64,000 bases of DNA from Stegostoma tigrinum (Eukaryota): positions 54,667,553-54,731,552 of the forward strand of contig NC_081361.1 of assembly GCF_030684315.1 (NCBI RefSeq). Direction: 5' to 3'. The translations under genes and the position numbers were made by a program. Positions within the stretch are counted from its first letter, which is position 1. Every line of letters begins with the position of its first letter. Positions 51,125 through 64,000 of this stretch are shown piece after piece. Under the pieces are notes generated by a model that was not told the DNA's origin, searched no databases, and saw nothing but the letters and a program-made list of their open reading frames with translations.

Positions 51125-51470
51125 AGGGAGGCAATAGCCTAGTGGTATTGTCGCTAGATTATTAATCCAAAGACCCAAGTAATGTTCTGGGGATCTAGTT
51201 TGATTCCTGCTGCAGCAGATGGTGGAATTTCAATTCTATTAAAAAACCTGGAATTATGAGTTTAATGATGACCATGAATCCATTGTCAATATTTGGTTAA
51301 AAAAAACCTTCTGGTTCACTAATGTCCTGTACGGAGAGAAACTGTCATCTGTAACTGGTCTGGCCCACACATAACTCCAGACACACAGCCAAGTGGTTGA
51401 CTCTTAACTAACCTCGAGGCAATTGGAAAGGCAATAAATTCTGACCCAGCAGTAAAGACTTCACCCTGTG
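51125..51470 (+). mobile_element. tRNA-derived SINE with L2-like tail
   Basis: Same family as 30518-30835. Confidence 0.8.
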
Positions 51471-51669
51471 AAAATTCATTCCTTCTCCCCACTCATTTGT
51501 TTTCCTTCTCACTTCCTCCTTCTCCGTGCATTTCCCTCATGATCACCTTCACCACAGAGATTGTCCTTATGGGGTAAAGGGAACCCATGTGTGCTAATGT
51601 ATTAAAAATAATCATCAAACAGAATTTGGAATTGACAGAAGATGTCATGGACTGAAGTCCCAATGGTTC

Positions 51670-51985
51670 CTGGAGTCTGACTCTCCATTGTGGTACTGAG
51701 GAAGTGCTGCATTCCCTTGAGTGGTATCTTTCAAATGAGATGTTAAACTGAAGACATTTGCTCTCAGATGGGTGTAAAATGTTCCATGGCACCATATCCA
51801 AGAAGTTCAGGAGAGTTAGCCCAGTGTGTCACTGATATGTCTTAATCTATATGACATAAAAAACTTCATATTATTGTTTACTTTGCTATCTACATTAATA
51901 CCGTGACCATCCCTTGTTTCCTTGGCTCTAAAGAAATTTGTTATGTCATTTAGTCAGGAAAGATGCTATATAGATGCCAATCTTG
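51670..51985 (+). mobile_element. Deu-domain-like SINE
   Basis: gtactgaggaagtgctgca...tctttcaaatgagatgttaaactga...gatgggtgtaaaa...ccatggcac. Confidence 0.6.
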
Positions 51986-52367
51986 CACCTTGACAGTCTC
52001 AGAATCATGGGATTTATGCACCATGGAAACAGGCCGTTTGGCCCATTGTATCCAACCTGGACATTAAGCATCCATCTTTTCTAATCCCATTTTCCAGCAC
52101 TTGGCCCTTAGTTGTTTATGCTATGGCATCTCCAAGTGCTCGTCAAAATACTTTGGAAATGTCCAGAAGGTTTCTGCCTCTATCACTCATTTGAGCAGTG
52201 AGTTCCAGATATCCAACATCGTATGGGTGACAAAAAAATCCCCAAATGCCCTTTAAACCTTCTCGTCCTTTAATCATTTAGAGGGTTTTAATTGATTAAT
52301 ATGTACATGTAAATCCCTGAATTCCTTTCAACAAGAGGTGACATTTTAGGTCAGACAATGCATGTTA

Positions 52368-52610
52368 GTCTCTCTCTCCCCTTCACATACACACACACTC
52401 TCTCTGCATGCCCACCCCCCACACACAGACACATGCACTCTCTCTCCCCACTGCACCCCCCCCCACACACACACACACACAGTCTTCCCATGCCTCACAC
52501 ACACACGCACTGTCTCTCTCCATGCCTCATACACACACACACACACTCACACACTCTCCCTCACAAACTCTAACACACACTCTCTCTCTCTGTCTCCCTC
52601 ACACACACAT
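52368..52610. repeat. Compound (CA)n/(CT)n microsatellite
   Basis: Direct reading. Confidence 0.9.
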
Positions 52611-52949
52611 GTAAATCTATTGAGTGAATTTGTATTTTGCAGATACATTCTGTTTTGTTCTGAAAGCATGCAATTTATAGACTGTCAGTCAATATGGTGT
52701 CTTATAAATTCGTACTTTAAACAGTCCAAACCAAAACACAAACAGATTCTAAACAAGGTCTCACACCTAACATTTCTGAAGAAAGGTGCTGACCCAAAAT
52801 GTCAACTTTCCTGCTCCTCTGATGCTACCTGGCCTGCTGTTTTCCTCCAACTCCACACTTTATAGTCTCACACCTAACATGTCTGACCTAAAATGTCACC
52901 TCTTGCTCTGAATACAAGAGCAAGAAGGTTATGATGGACCTGTATATAA

Positions 52950-53800
52950 TCCTCCTTGCTAGTTACCAGACCACCAATTTTTCACATGACCTGCAATCTT
53001 ACTGATGAAACATCCTATGTTCACATCTATATCATTAGTGTACACTACAAAGAGCAAGGGACGCAGTACCAAACTCAATGGTGTGCTACTGGATACAGGC
53101 TTCTTGGTGCAAAAAAACACTTTTCGATGATCACCTTCTCCTTCTTGCCACTAAGACAGTCTGGACCCAATTTGTTAAATTGTCCTGGATTCCATCAGCT
53201 CTTAACTTCTTAACCAGCTTGTCATGCAAAACCTTGTCAAAAACCATATATAAATCCATGTAGATTACAGTAACTGCACTACCTCCATTTACACACCTAG
53301 TCACCTTCCTAAAAATGTCAATTATTTTAGATATGATCTCATCTTTTGCAAAGCCATGTGGACTACCCTTGATTAACCATGCCTCTCCAAGTGGAGATTA
53401 ACGCCTTTTCAATAATTTCCCTCCACGGATGTTAGACTCATTGGCCTGTAGTTTTCTGATTTATTTCTACCACCCTTCTTGATTAATGGTACATCCTGCC
53501 CTCCAATGTCTCGATAAGATTGGAAAGTTAATGGCAGAGCCCCTGCGACTTGCACCACCGCCCCCACCCCCAAAGGAGGCAGGAATACATCACTTCCAAG
53601 CCTGCTAACATTTCAAATACTTTTTCTTCTTCAGTGATAATCTGTTCAAGTTTATCACAATCCACTTCCTGATTCCGGACCTACATCGTCCTTCTCAATA
53701 GTGAATCGAGATGCAAAGTACTAAATTAACACTCAGCAATGCCTTCCAGCTCCACATACAGATTATGACTTATCCCTAACGGATTTTCCCCAATGTTACC
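52950..53800 (-). mobile_element. Old CR1-type LINE RT fragment
   Basis: Reverse of VDVIYMDL..FDKV, QHGF.K.RS and NYRP.SLT motifs. Confidence 0.65.
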
Positions 53801-55134
53801 AATTTGTGTTTTCTCATGTCCCTCCACTTTATTTTTGAAAGAGCTCCCTTTCTATATTTATAACATTGATAAGTTTCTATACTCCTCCAGGGATCTGCTA
53901 TTTCTGAAACAGGTTATTGGAAAACCCCAATGCTTTCAGGAAAACAAGGTTGTTCCTGAGCTTGAGTTTGTTACAGTGCTCTCTGTATCGGTGGATGTGG
54001 ATTGTCTAATTGATGCCAGGTACTTTCACAAGCGCTAAAACTAAGCACACAAGCGCACAGGCTATTCAACAAAATTGGCGTTCTGCAGACCATTGGGCAG
54101 ATTTTGGTCTTGACAAGGAATCAGATGCAATGTGGATAGAAACCACCTTTGAAGAATCTCTATAGTGGAGGTGGGGGGAGGGGCAATCATTCCGGTGTAG
54201 AAGGGGTCTATTTGTTACATCACACCTGCCCCGATCCTAGTTTTTCTGTCGAAGCTATCTACAATAATCCTCTTTCCTCACTATGTCCAGTATTCTCTAA
54301 TGTTTAGGTTGTCAAAACAATTCTGTCTTAAATACAATAACAGGAACATAAGGCAACAGATTCCATGCGGCTTGTAAGACATTGCTGTAAGCTTCCACAT
54401 AGGCTTTTAGCACTAATCCTGAATGTACCACATGCCTTATTGTCGCTGATCCCCTCACTGGTAAAGTCATTTATTTTCAAATCCATTCAAAAAAATTCCC
54501 TTTTAACAGCCTGTTGGTTTTCGGCTACCTAAAGCTGTGCCTTTGTCTGTCAAACAAATTCGTCAGCACTCTGTTAATAATCAGTCCTGTTTACACAAAA
54601 AAGGAGCAGAATTCCACGTGCCTTTTCCCCCTAATCCATATTTTGCCTCTTTGTCCCCAAGTTTCTACTACATTCGATGGGGAACAAACGGTGCCACTCC
54701 TTTTCCTTCTCAATTCATTATTTCAAATTCAAGAGTTTAAATTATCTTGGTGTGGATTGAATCGCAAGGAAAGCTGCCGTTTTTTTCAAAACCAAAACCC
54801 AGTGATTTTCATTCACATTTTTATATTTCCTCCACCATCGGTTCCAATGCTTTACTCCGATATCCGGAAGGTCTGAGCGCAGGCAGAACTCGTATTCACT
54901 AATCGTATTTGATACTTAATAAACTCTCTGATCATAGGATCAGAGACATCCGTGTGGGATAATAATGGCAGCTGGTTCGTGCTTTCTATTTGACGAAGTT
55001 TGGCTCGGAGATCAGAGGCATTCTGATCTATGTGTGGAAAGGTCAGTGAGCTGAGCCCCTGTCAGCGAGCATTCACAGCTCTATCGACATCCACATGGAC
55101 TAGCGATCTACCCTATACCAGCAAACCGAGCACC

Positions 55135-55275
55135 ATGGCTGGAGCATTTGCAGCAGTATCCATTCAGATCAAAGGTGTCTTTAAAAGGAACGGTCTGCTC
55201 ATTCTCTCGGTGCTGTCGGTTATTATCGGGTGCTCCCTGGGATTTTTCCTTAGGACGAGGCATCTCTCCGAACAG
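55135..55275 (+). CDS. SLC1A7: Excitatory amino acid transporter 5, exon 1
   Basis: caccATGG Kozak; MAGAFAAVSIQIKGVFKRNGLLILSVLSVIIGCSLGFFLRTRHLSEQ|GTGGGC; divergent from CPT2 as in the human locus. Confidence 0.9.
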
Positions 55276-55294
55276 GTGGGCAATTCTATAAGGA

Positions 55295-55480
55295 GACAGG
55301 AAGGGGTGCGGATGCTTGGAAGCCAGCGTCTGTAGGTGTGAGGCTGGAAAAGCACAGCAGGTCAGACCGCATCCGAGGAGCAGGTAAGTCAGCATCTCAG
55401 GCTGAAACCCTTCGTCAGTCCTGCGGAAGGGTTTCGACCCGAAACGTTGACTGCCCTGCTGCTCGGATGCTCTGGGACTT
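55295..55480. mobile_element. PLE-derived hairpin element at SLC1A7 exon-1 donor
   Basis: Back-to-back hammerhead-like cores near 55388-55450; 20-bp TSD ggtgggcaattct(a/g)taagga at 55275-55294 / 55481-55500. Confidence 0.85.
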
Positions 55481-55909
55481 GGTGGGCAATTCTGTAAGGA
55501 TTTGACTGTGTCAGTGGCAGCAATCAAAGTAGTCACGTGTACGGCTGATAATTGGGAATTGGAATGAGAATGGAGTATTTTTTCAATCGATCATTTACAT
55601 TTCAATCAAGGAAATGTGTTTTGATTACTTTGTGGCCAAAGATTCCACATAACATTAGAATGTAAAATGAGCTAATTATTTGGGACTTTTTGGCTACTTC
55701 TTTTCTCCTATTTTTCCCTTTCATTTTTCAAAAGTAGCCGCAAAAGTAATAAAAAGTAGAACTAAACATGGAAATGCTACCCAGATCAGCTGACATTTCA
55801 TTTTAAGTTGTATTTCTGTAACAGATCGTGTCTCTTCAGCCCATCTTGTAAATGTATGACCAGGTTTTTAATGGGTCCAATCCCTCGTTTTATACATTTG
55901 ACTTTTTAG

Positions 55910-55989
55910 GAAATCAAGTATTTCCAGTTCCCTGGTGAGCTGTTGATGAGGATGCTAAAAATGTTAATTCTTCCACTGGTGGTATCCAG
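55910..55989 (+). CDS. SLC1A7: SLC1A7 exon 2
   Basis: ttttAG|[33 protein letters not shown]; no further exon found in the window. Confidence 0.95.
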
Positions 55990-58243
55990 GTGAGTGAAAA
56001 CATGTCACGTAATTCATCATTCAATCAAATGCACATTAGAAAAAAAAATCTATTTCCGTTACATCTTTTTTTCTAATCGTCCTACATTGTCTGTGTCAAT
56101 TTAGCTGAGTGGATTGGTCCCAAGCTCCTCAGCCTATTAGTAGTCATTTCAAACATACTCTGTTCACTGATGGGAGAGATAAAGAGCCAGAACTGTAGCA
56201 TATAAATTTTATTATTGCATTGTCCAAGCTAAACAGTGTCCTACTCTATTCAGTATGAATATTATCACAGTAATGGGCATTAGAGATCATGTGAGCGAGA
56301 ATGATGATGTTGAACAGAGTCAATGGTTCAGTGAATGATCTTTGGTTAGAACCTGGAACCCATGGCTTTGGGTTCTCATATAAAGTCACTGGGCCTGGGG
56401 CTTTGGCACATTCTCACTCCACAGAAGCTGTCAGATCTATTGAGAGCTTCCAGCTTTTTCTGTTTTTATTTAAGATCCCCAGCCTCTGCAGCATTTTGCT
56501 GTGTATTCATTTTGAAAATGATTGCATGTATTGGGGGTGATATTGGTGTGGGGGAAAATGCATGTTTGCAAAGGGTAGCCACAGTCTAAACCTGTTTCAA
56601 CTGGAATCTTTATATTTGTTCCAAAAAGCAAGTTTTATTCTAGTTCAAATCTCAGCTTACTGTGGAGACTCAAAATGTTTGTTGTGCTGTCCTATAATCT
56701 TGTTACCATGTGCACCTTATGCTATTACAACAGTCTGCTGTGATTAACAAGAAAAAAAATCCAATCATAATATGCTGTAGAAAAGAAGGTTGATTTTTGT
56801 CATATCCCTTCAAATCATATATCTGTCTAGAATCTTACTTATAAGAATGGTGTCCATTGCATTTGCCAAATTACCTTGATCTCCTGAGCTCCCAGGGATG
56901 CTGAATCTCAGCTGTAGGGAAACGTGCCTGATAGACATCCTATATTCTGCCTGTGACTGTCTGGTTTAATTACACAATTTGACTCCCTGAATGTGATTGC
57001 CTTTGACCAGGAAACAATACAGTAAGGAAAATACTAATTTCTTGAACTGCCCATAGAATCTGAAATTGTTCTTGAGACTTGTTTAAAAAAAGATTTTTAA
57101 GAGTTTTCATCAGTTGTAAAAGGATCGAGTGTACTTTTATTTGAATAATGACAAATACTGATCCATGCAACCTGGCAGCCCTTGACCTGGAAACAGTGCC
57201 AACAGGAAAGAAGTTAAACTATGGGATTATGTGACCAAACACAAAGGTGAGCTGACGACAAAAAGAGAAGCTACAAACAAAGAGGCTCGAGGATAAAAGT
57301 ATGGATGTAGATATGAAGACACAATACACAGAGACATGGAGAGAGAAACATGTGTCAGTATTTTTAAGGGACCCATAAGATGTTCAACTGGTGCAAAGGT
57401 AGTGATGAAATTCTTGGAAGACAAATAAACAAATCATTCTCAGCAAAGAGTAAGTAGTTTTGTGCAGTAAAGGAGACTGGAGCTCTGGCATGCAATGTGA
57501 GAACAGGCTGAGAAGCAGTCAAATCATGGAAATCTGTATGAATAGCTCAGAGATGCTAAAGCGTTGTGTAATTTTCTACAGCGGCTGAAGTATAAAGCAG
57601 AGTGTTGTTGACTGGTTGGTTGAAAAGGAACTTCTGAAAGTTAAGGTTATCTTCACCGAGAAAGAGAGGGTTTTTAGGCATACGGTTTACTGATGAAAAC
57701 TATTGTTGGTGGAACTGTGCAGCTGCATTCTGCTGTAGAAGATTGGTTTTGGTTGTGTAGCACAAAGGCTTATTGGAATGATTAATTAAAGGGAAATTAG
57801 CTTTTTATTTGGATAAAAGTGTCATTAATTCTAAAGTAGAAGATGCAAAAAAAGTGGAATCTTTCTGATAATTTCTTTCGGGGATCATCTGTAAATTTGG
57901 TTATTTTGGTTTAAGAATCCAGATGGCTAGTATGTTTCTGTTGACTCTTCAAGACTACTACTGGCCATTGGAAGTCATGGTGGAGATATTAAATGGATAT
58001 TTTGCATTGATATGTACCTTTGAAAGCATCCTTAATATAACATGGTTGTGCTTCCATCAATAAAAGTGTCAACAAAATAGATGAAGATACCACCTTCAGA
58101 TTGGATTGCTAGACCAGATAACATTCACACAAGAATCTTTAAAGACTTTGGATAGCTACTTTGACTGCTTTCCCTCACCAATTAATAACTTCATAGATTC
58201 ATAGATTATTCCCTCAGATAGAAAGAATATTATTATAGTCCCA

Positions 58244-58436
58244 GAGATAAAGAGGTGTAGAGCTGGAATAACATAGCAGGCCAAGCAGCATCTGAGGAGC
58301 AGGAAAAACTGATGTTTCGGGTTGAGACCCTTCTTCCTGCTCCTCTGATGCTGCTTGGCCTGCTGTGTTCATCCAGCTATACTCTTGTTATTTCAGATTC
58401 TCCAGCATCGGCAGTTCCTACTATCTCTGTAACAAC
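58244..58436. mobile_element. PLE-derived hairpin element
   Basis: Inverted arms; TSD ttattatagt(c/t)cca at 58230-58243 / 58437-58450. Confidence 0.85.
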
Positions 58437-59879
58437 TTATTATAGTTCCAATTTTTATTTGAAAGGGTAGGAATAAGGGACTAAAAGTCCATTAACTTCA
58501 CAGCAGTAATAGATAAGGTGCTCAAAGGAAATATAAGAGGGTGTCCATTTGACCAGTTAGTTGGAAAGAACACTGAAATGTCTTGTGGAAAAGAAGGTTA
58601 GGTATGACAGTTTCTGTGGAAGATTTTGAAGAAACTATGAAATTAGTAAGGTCTTCTAATACTTTAAAAATTCATTGATAAAGTACCTCACAAAATAATA
58701 TTCTACAAGATCGGATCTGCTGCAGTAGTTTGTTCTGATCTCCATAAGGCCCGTAACTTGTGAACTGAGTTACACATTTCCCAGTGATCAACACAAAGGA
58801 TTCATAGAACAATATTTCATTTTTAATACTTGTCCTGTAACAAACAAGCTGAAATCAACATCAGACTCAACATTACTTGGAAAGCAACACTTTCACTAAA
58901 CTCTAGAAAATGTATTCTCCATTAACATCTTAATACAACTTTAAACCTTGCACTATGGCACAGATACACAACGTTGTAGTTAAACTTCCACATTTCTCCT
59001 GACATTGAATTGGTTTTTTACTCAGTCCCTTTTTCAGTGTCCTTTAAAACAAAGTGCTTTTCACTTCATTTTCTAAGCATACTTGAATAAACCTTTCTCA
59101 GCTAACATATCCGGTGATAATGCATTAGTTTCTAACTCTCTACAATCCTTATTTTCTTGAACAGGGAATCCAATCCCACCAGAACTTCACTTGATGATTG
59201 GCCCTAAAATAATCCATTTCCTTTGCCCATAGCAACACCTGCTGTGTGTCTCTTTCCCCAAACTCTCATTCCGATTGCCCCCGAGAATCCTCCTTCTCTG
59301 CCTCCTTCTTTGTGTCCAGCTGTTAAAGTTTACACATGACTTTAATTCGGTTTCTGTCTGGGGCCTTATTCCTGTGGTAACTAGGTCACATGGATTTGGG
59401 TCTGGACGCAATACATATGACACCCTGTGCCCCTTTCCACCACTCCATTTAAGCTTAAATTAACAGAGACAGTTAAAAACTATCTTATAAGTTCTGGGAG
59501 TCATAACAGAATTCAGAATTGACTAAATACATTTGAACAACAAGTTGCCGTTGTTAAACAATTTAGATCAGCTTTGAGGTTGGTTACAAGTGGTGACTGA
59601 CAGGGATGGATGTTAAGACCCTTTACTTATTTTTTATCTTCATTAGTTACCGAGATGTAGGGTTTGGGATAATACCTCACAGATTTGAGAATGACACAAA
59701 CTGTGGAGCATGGCAAACCCTGCAAACAGATCTTGGTATGGATTTACATTGGGAAAATTATGTTTAATCAAGAAAAGTATGGAGTTAACCGTGTGGGCAA
59801 TTCTAAAGTTTGATATACATATACCCCACAGGAAACAGGAGTGAAGCCACGAGTGAAAGAAAACAAAAACAAAGTTCAG

Positions 59880-60025
59880 AACCACTTCCGAGGAAGGTCA
59901 CCGGACCCGAAATTTTAACTCTGTTTTCTCCTCCACAGATGCTTCCAGATCTGCTGAGCTTTCCCAGCAACTTTGATTTTGTTCCTGATTTACAGCATCC
60001 TCAGTTCTTTTGGTTTTTATTTTGT
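59880..60025 (+). mobile_element. PLE 3'-end fragment inside an old CR1 relic (about 59530-60600)
   Basis: ccgaggaaggtcaccggacccgaaattttaactctg...cagatgcttccagatctgctgag. Confidence 0.65.
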
Positions 60026-61763
60026 GGAAGAAAACCGTCTAGGTATCACAGCGCATTACTCTGTAGAACTTTATTTATTTAAAGCTTTATGATTTTATCC
60101 AAACAAGGCATACAATGTTTCTTCATCCAAAACCTTGATTAAGGCTCATTTAGAATTCTATGCCCACTCTTGGTCCCCTCACATCACAGGGGATATGAAG
60201 AAAATGGTTCAGTTTAAGCCATCCGGATAGGTTTGTAAAGCTGGGTCTGAAATTTTAGTGAGCCGATTTGATCAAACTTCATAACATGAGAGACTTATTT
60301 GAACTTATGTCAGCAAATTATTTCAACTGGATTTATTGGAGGATTATAGTTTATACTTACAAGTAACGTAAGTGCAGACAGAGTTTGGAGTCTTGGGCGC
60401 TTATTCTTCATCCAGCGAATAGGCTTGTATCTAACTTAAGTAAAGATTCCATCCTGCTCGAGGTTGCATCATGCCGTGGATTGCCTTTCATTCAAGTATA
60501 TGGGCCCAATGCTGGAAAGTGGGATCACTATAGATAGGCCGGCATGGACTTGATCAGCTGACTGGGCCCTTCTGTGATATATGACTCTATAACTTTAAGA
60601 GATGCAAACCCAATAAATCAGGGTAAATGTAGCCCATATACCAAACTTTAATTATCTGAAGTGCCATGAGATTTTTTTTTCCAGACATTTAACCCAGGAT
60701 AAGCCTGTGTTTTTGTTTTCAAATCCCAGCAATTTCTGTACTGTGATGCGCAAGATCTCTAATCTTTTTATCAAGATCCTTTTGCATTCTGCTAAACTGC
60801 GATGGTACAGTTTCACATTCTAAGGGATACACATCTAGCTAAGTGAACAAATCATCAGATGGCGAGTTGAGGGTGGGTAATTACCCACTTATGGAACTCA
60901 AAGTTTTGCACAACAGTAGCATTATCTATCTAGCTGCTTTATATCCCTTACATAATTATATCTATGGAGGGTCAGCTATCAAGTTTCTTCAAGACAGAAA
61001 TTGATAGATTTCTCAATTTTACAGAGATGAGCAGAATTTACTTCTCTCAAAGAATTATGAATCCATGGAATTCACTTCCCTGGTGTGTGGGTGATGCAGA
61101 TCATTGAGTCAACTTAAATAGGAAATAAGCAGATTTTTAATTAGTAATAGGTTGAAGGGCTAAGGACAGTGGGCAGAAAGTGGAGTTGAGGCCAAGATGA
61201 AATCAGTTATGATCAGCCAGGCTCGAGAGGCTGAATTACCTACTCCTGCTCCTAGTTCTTATATTCTTATGTTTTTAAAGACATCAATGAATATAGGAAT
61301 AATATGGGAAAATGATTCTGAGGTAGTTGATTAACCACGATCTAGCTGAATGATGGTGCAAGCTCAAGGGACAAAATGGTCTATTCCTGTCCCATTCCCA
61401 AGTTCTGATGTTCCTATATTACCTAGTAGGATTTGTTTCACTGTCGAATTCTTTAATATGATTCAGTCCTCTATAGTAAGAACCATTCTTTTCCATCTCT
61501 CCATAATTTAAAGTATCGCTCACTCTAGTATTATATCTAACTTTCCATAATCCCACTTTATGCTTCAGGGGATAAAATTGTAATAGCATGCTCTACTATT
61601 TCATAATCTTTGCTGTCCATTGGATCCACATGTGAAAATGCTGGGAACTACATTTATCCACTTATAGTGGTCTGCTACTAAATTATTGTTCCATTCTGTG
61701 AATATTAAATCTCACTAAAATCAAAACAGGAGTTGGAAACCAACATTTAATTTAATTATGATC

Positions 61764-61892
61764 AGAGATAATGGGAACTGCAGATGCTGGAGAATCCGAG
61801 ATAACAAAGTGTGGAGCTGGATGAACACAGCAGGCCAAGCAGCATCTTAGGAGCACAAAAGCTGACGTTTCGGACCTAGACCCTTCCTCAGA
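61764..61892 (-). mobile_element. PLE terminal-repeat insertion with intact hammerhead-like core (61864-61891)
   Basis: Minus strand CUGAGGA A GGGU-CUAG-GUCC GAAA CG UC AGC. Confidence 0.85.
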
Positions 61893-62090
61893 AAATTTAA
61901 TGATCTAAGATTACTTACCAAGGAATCGGAACCAAATTATGAACAAAACAGTTACAGCAATGGTGATACCAGATGAAATGCTAATCTCTAGAAGTAATTT
62001 TTGTGCATTCAGGCATTTTGTGAGTGTGATTGGATTATGAACCTGTTCGTAAATCCTATTCTCATATTTTTCTACAGTCAAGGTTGCATA

Positions 62091-62108
62091 TGGCCACCAG
62101 AGGGCAAC
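62091..62108 (+). promoter_or_regulatory. CTCF-like motif in SLC1A7 intron 2
   Basis: tggccaccagagggcaac closely matches the CTCF core consensus; motif only. Confidence 0.5.
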
Positions 62109-63009
62109 ATGTACTCATGGATCCATAACCCCTTGCCGTCTTTAAGAAAACAAGGGGAAATTTGGGGAGTAATTGTGAATGCTCTTTGACATGATAACAG
62201 CATGCTCTCTAATAGACTGATTTACACATTTGCTATGACAGTGTTACTGCAATAGAGAGTCACTGGGGATATTGGATATGCCCTCAATTAATTGCATACA
62301 AAAACAGTGATAGCAGGAGACATCTTGCCCATCACAGCCTTGCCTGATGTGTTAAATAATTCATGTATTCTCTTTCCCTTGAATAATTTATTGAATTCAG
62401 TTTTGACTGATACAATTGAATCTGCTTCCACCACCAGCTTATTGCTCATTATGGAAAAGCCAATGATAAAAACAGTAAAACTTGAAAACTATGGGATTGG
62501 TCAAAGCAGGTTACATTTTCAGGAATTGGAGACAAGTTTGGGTCAATTCTGTCATATCCAATGAAAACAAATTATTGCAAAAGTAGGCATTTGAAATTTT
62601 TTAAAATAAGCTCTAGAGAAACTGAGCAGCCCTGTCAACATCGGTGTAGAGAGAGTAACTTGGTTAACTTTTTGAGCACAAATAACCAGAATTGAAGATA
62701 ATGATGGTTTTTATGCTGTTAGCAAAAGGGGAGGAGGAGGAACTGGAACAGATGATGAGGGTGCCAAGAGCAAAAAGTCAAATGGAATGCTATTGGTGGT
62801 AAAGGAGCGATTGAGTTGTAAAATAGGTATTAATGGTAAGTTTGAATTGATGAAAGTAGGTCGGCTTTGCTGAGATCAAGAGAGCAAACAACACATGAGA
62901 GGTGGAATAATGAAGTGGGGGACAATACTCATGTTTTGAAGGTGTTGAACTCAATGTGGAGCTCTGAACACTTTGAAATGCCGAAGGAGAAAATGAGGTG
63001 CAGAAAATT

Positions 63010-64000
63010 AAGTTCCGTCAGCTCGGTCTGAGTTCCTCATTCCCACCTGTGTCAATAGTCTTTCACTCCCTCATTATCAACAATCTGACTAGAGATTTAG
63101 AAAATATTCAAGGATTCTGATTCCACCACCTTTTGAAGAGATAGATTCAAAACCACTGTGTGAGAAAAAGAAACTCCTTGTTTCTCAGTGCTGTCTTATT
63201 TTTAAACTGTGATCCCTATTTACAAGTACTCCCACAACAGGAAACATTCTCTCCACATCCACCCTGTCAAGATTCCACAAGATTTTATAAGCTTCTTACT
63301 TTTTTAAAATACCAATGAATAGATCCTGGCCTGTACAATGTTTCCTCACGAGATAGCGCACCCATTCCAGGTATTAGTCTAATAAACTTCTGAATTGCTT
63401 CCAATGCATTTACATCCTTTCATAAATAAGGAGTCTGATAATGTACCCAGTACTCCGGATGTGGTCTCACCAATGCCCTGTATAACTGAAGAATTTATCC
63501 CTTACTTCTGTATTCAATACCTCTCATTATAAATGGTAACATTCTATTCGTTTTCCTCATTATTTGATGTCCCTTCACACTTGATCCATCTGCACCACAG
63601 AGTTGTTATCTCTCACCATGTGGACAATATGCTTTTTAAAAATTTTTCCCACCAAAATGCAAAATTTAATATTTCCACAATACTCCATTTGCCAGATCAT
63701 TTCCCATTCTTTTAACCTAACCTCCTTGTGTCTTTTTCACAACTTCATACTTATCTTTATGTGATCAGCAAATTTAGTGACCAGTCGGCACGACATCGTG
63801 GGCTGAAGGGCCTGTTCTGTGCTGTACTGTTCTATGTTCTGTACCTTCATATCCTTTCCCCAAGTCATTTAAATAAATTGTGAATAGTTATGGCCCCAGC
63901 ACTCATCCCTGTGGTACACCACCCATCACATTTTGTCAGTGCAAAATTGGCTCTTTTATTTACAATCTCTGTCTCCTATCAGCTAACTAATCTCCTTTCC
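63010..64000. mobile_element. CR1-type LINE fragments (mainly - strand)
   Basis: Reverse of LVRPH.EY, LEAIQKF.RLIPGM and GVPQG.SAG motifs. Confidence 0.7.

Noticed and set aside
52358-52865. His/Thr-rich ORFs
   Set aside because: Translations of the (CA)n microsatellite.
57200-59510. Possible solo LTRs or a further SLC1A7 exon in intron 2
   Set aside because: No SLC1A7 exon-3-like peptide found and LTR boundaries could not be fixed by eye.

Overview
Vertebrate genomic DNA, most likely a cartilaginous fish (inferred from V-SINE/Deu-SINE, CR1, L2, Rex1/Babar and Penelope-like repeat content). Genes read exon by exon: last coding exon of a CYP4-family P450 (+), complete MAGOH (+, 5 exons, 146 aa), complete CZIB/C1orf123 (+, 8 exons, 160 aa), complete CPT2 (-, 5 exons, 660 aa) and the first two exons of SLC1A7/EAAT5 (+). 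Less expected structure: (1) more than 20 short Penelope-like (PLE) insertions, many forming inverted-repeat hairpins with 9-20 bp target-site duplications (TSDs) and carrying a minimal hammerhead-ribozyme core (CUGAUGA-A-helix II-GAAA-CG-UC); (2) an intron-containing decayed duplicate of MAGOH directly upstream of the live gene, whose exon-4 relic is in frame with MAGOH exon 1; (3) a PLE whose GIY-YIG motif is amplified as a 71-bp tandem array; (4) a PLE hairpin that duplicated the SLC1A7 exon-1 splice donor and brought in a stronger cryptic donor; (5) a heavily decayed Gypsy pol visible only after removing nested insertions. All calls are by eye; repeat boundaries are approximate and no database searches were run.
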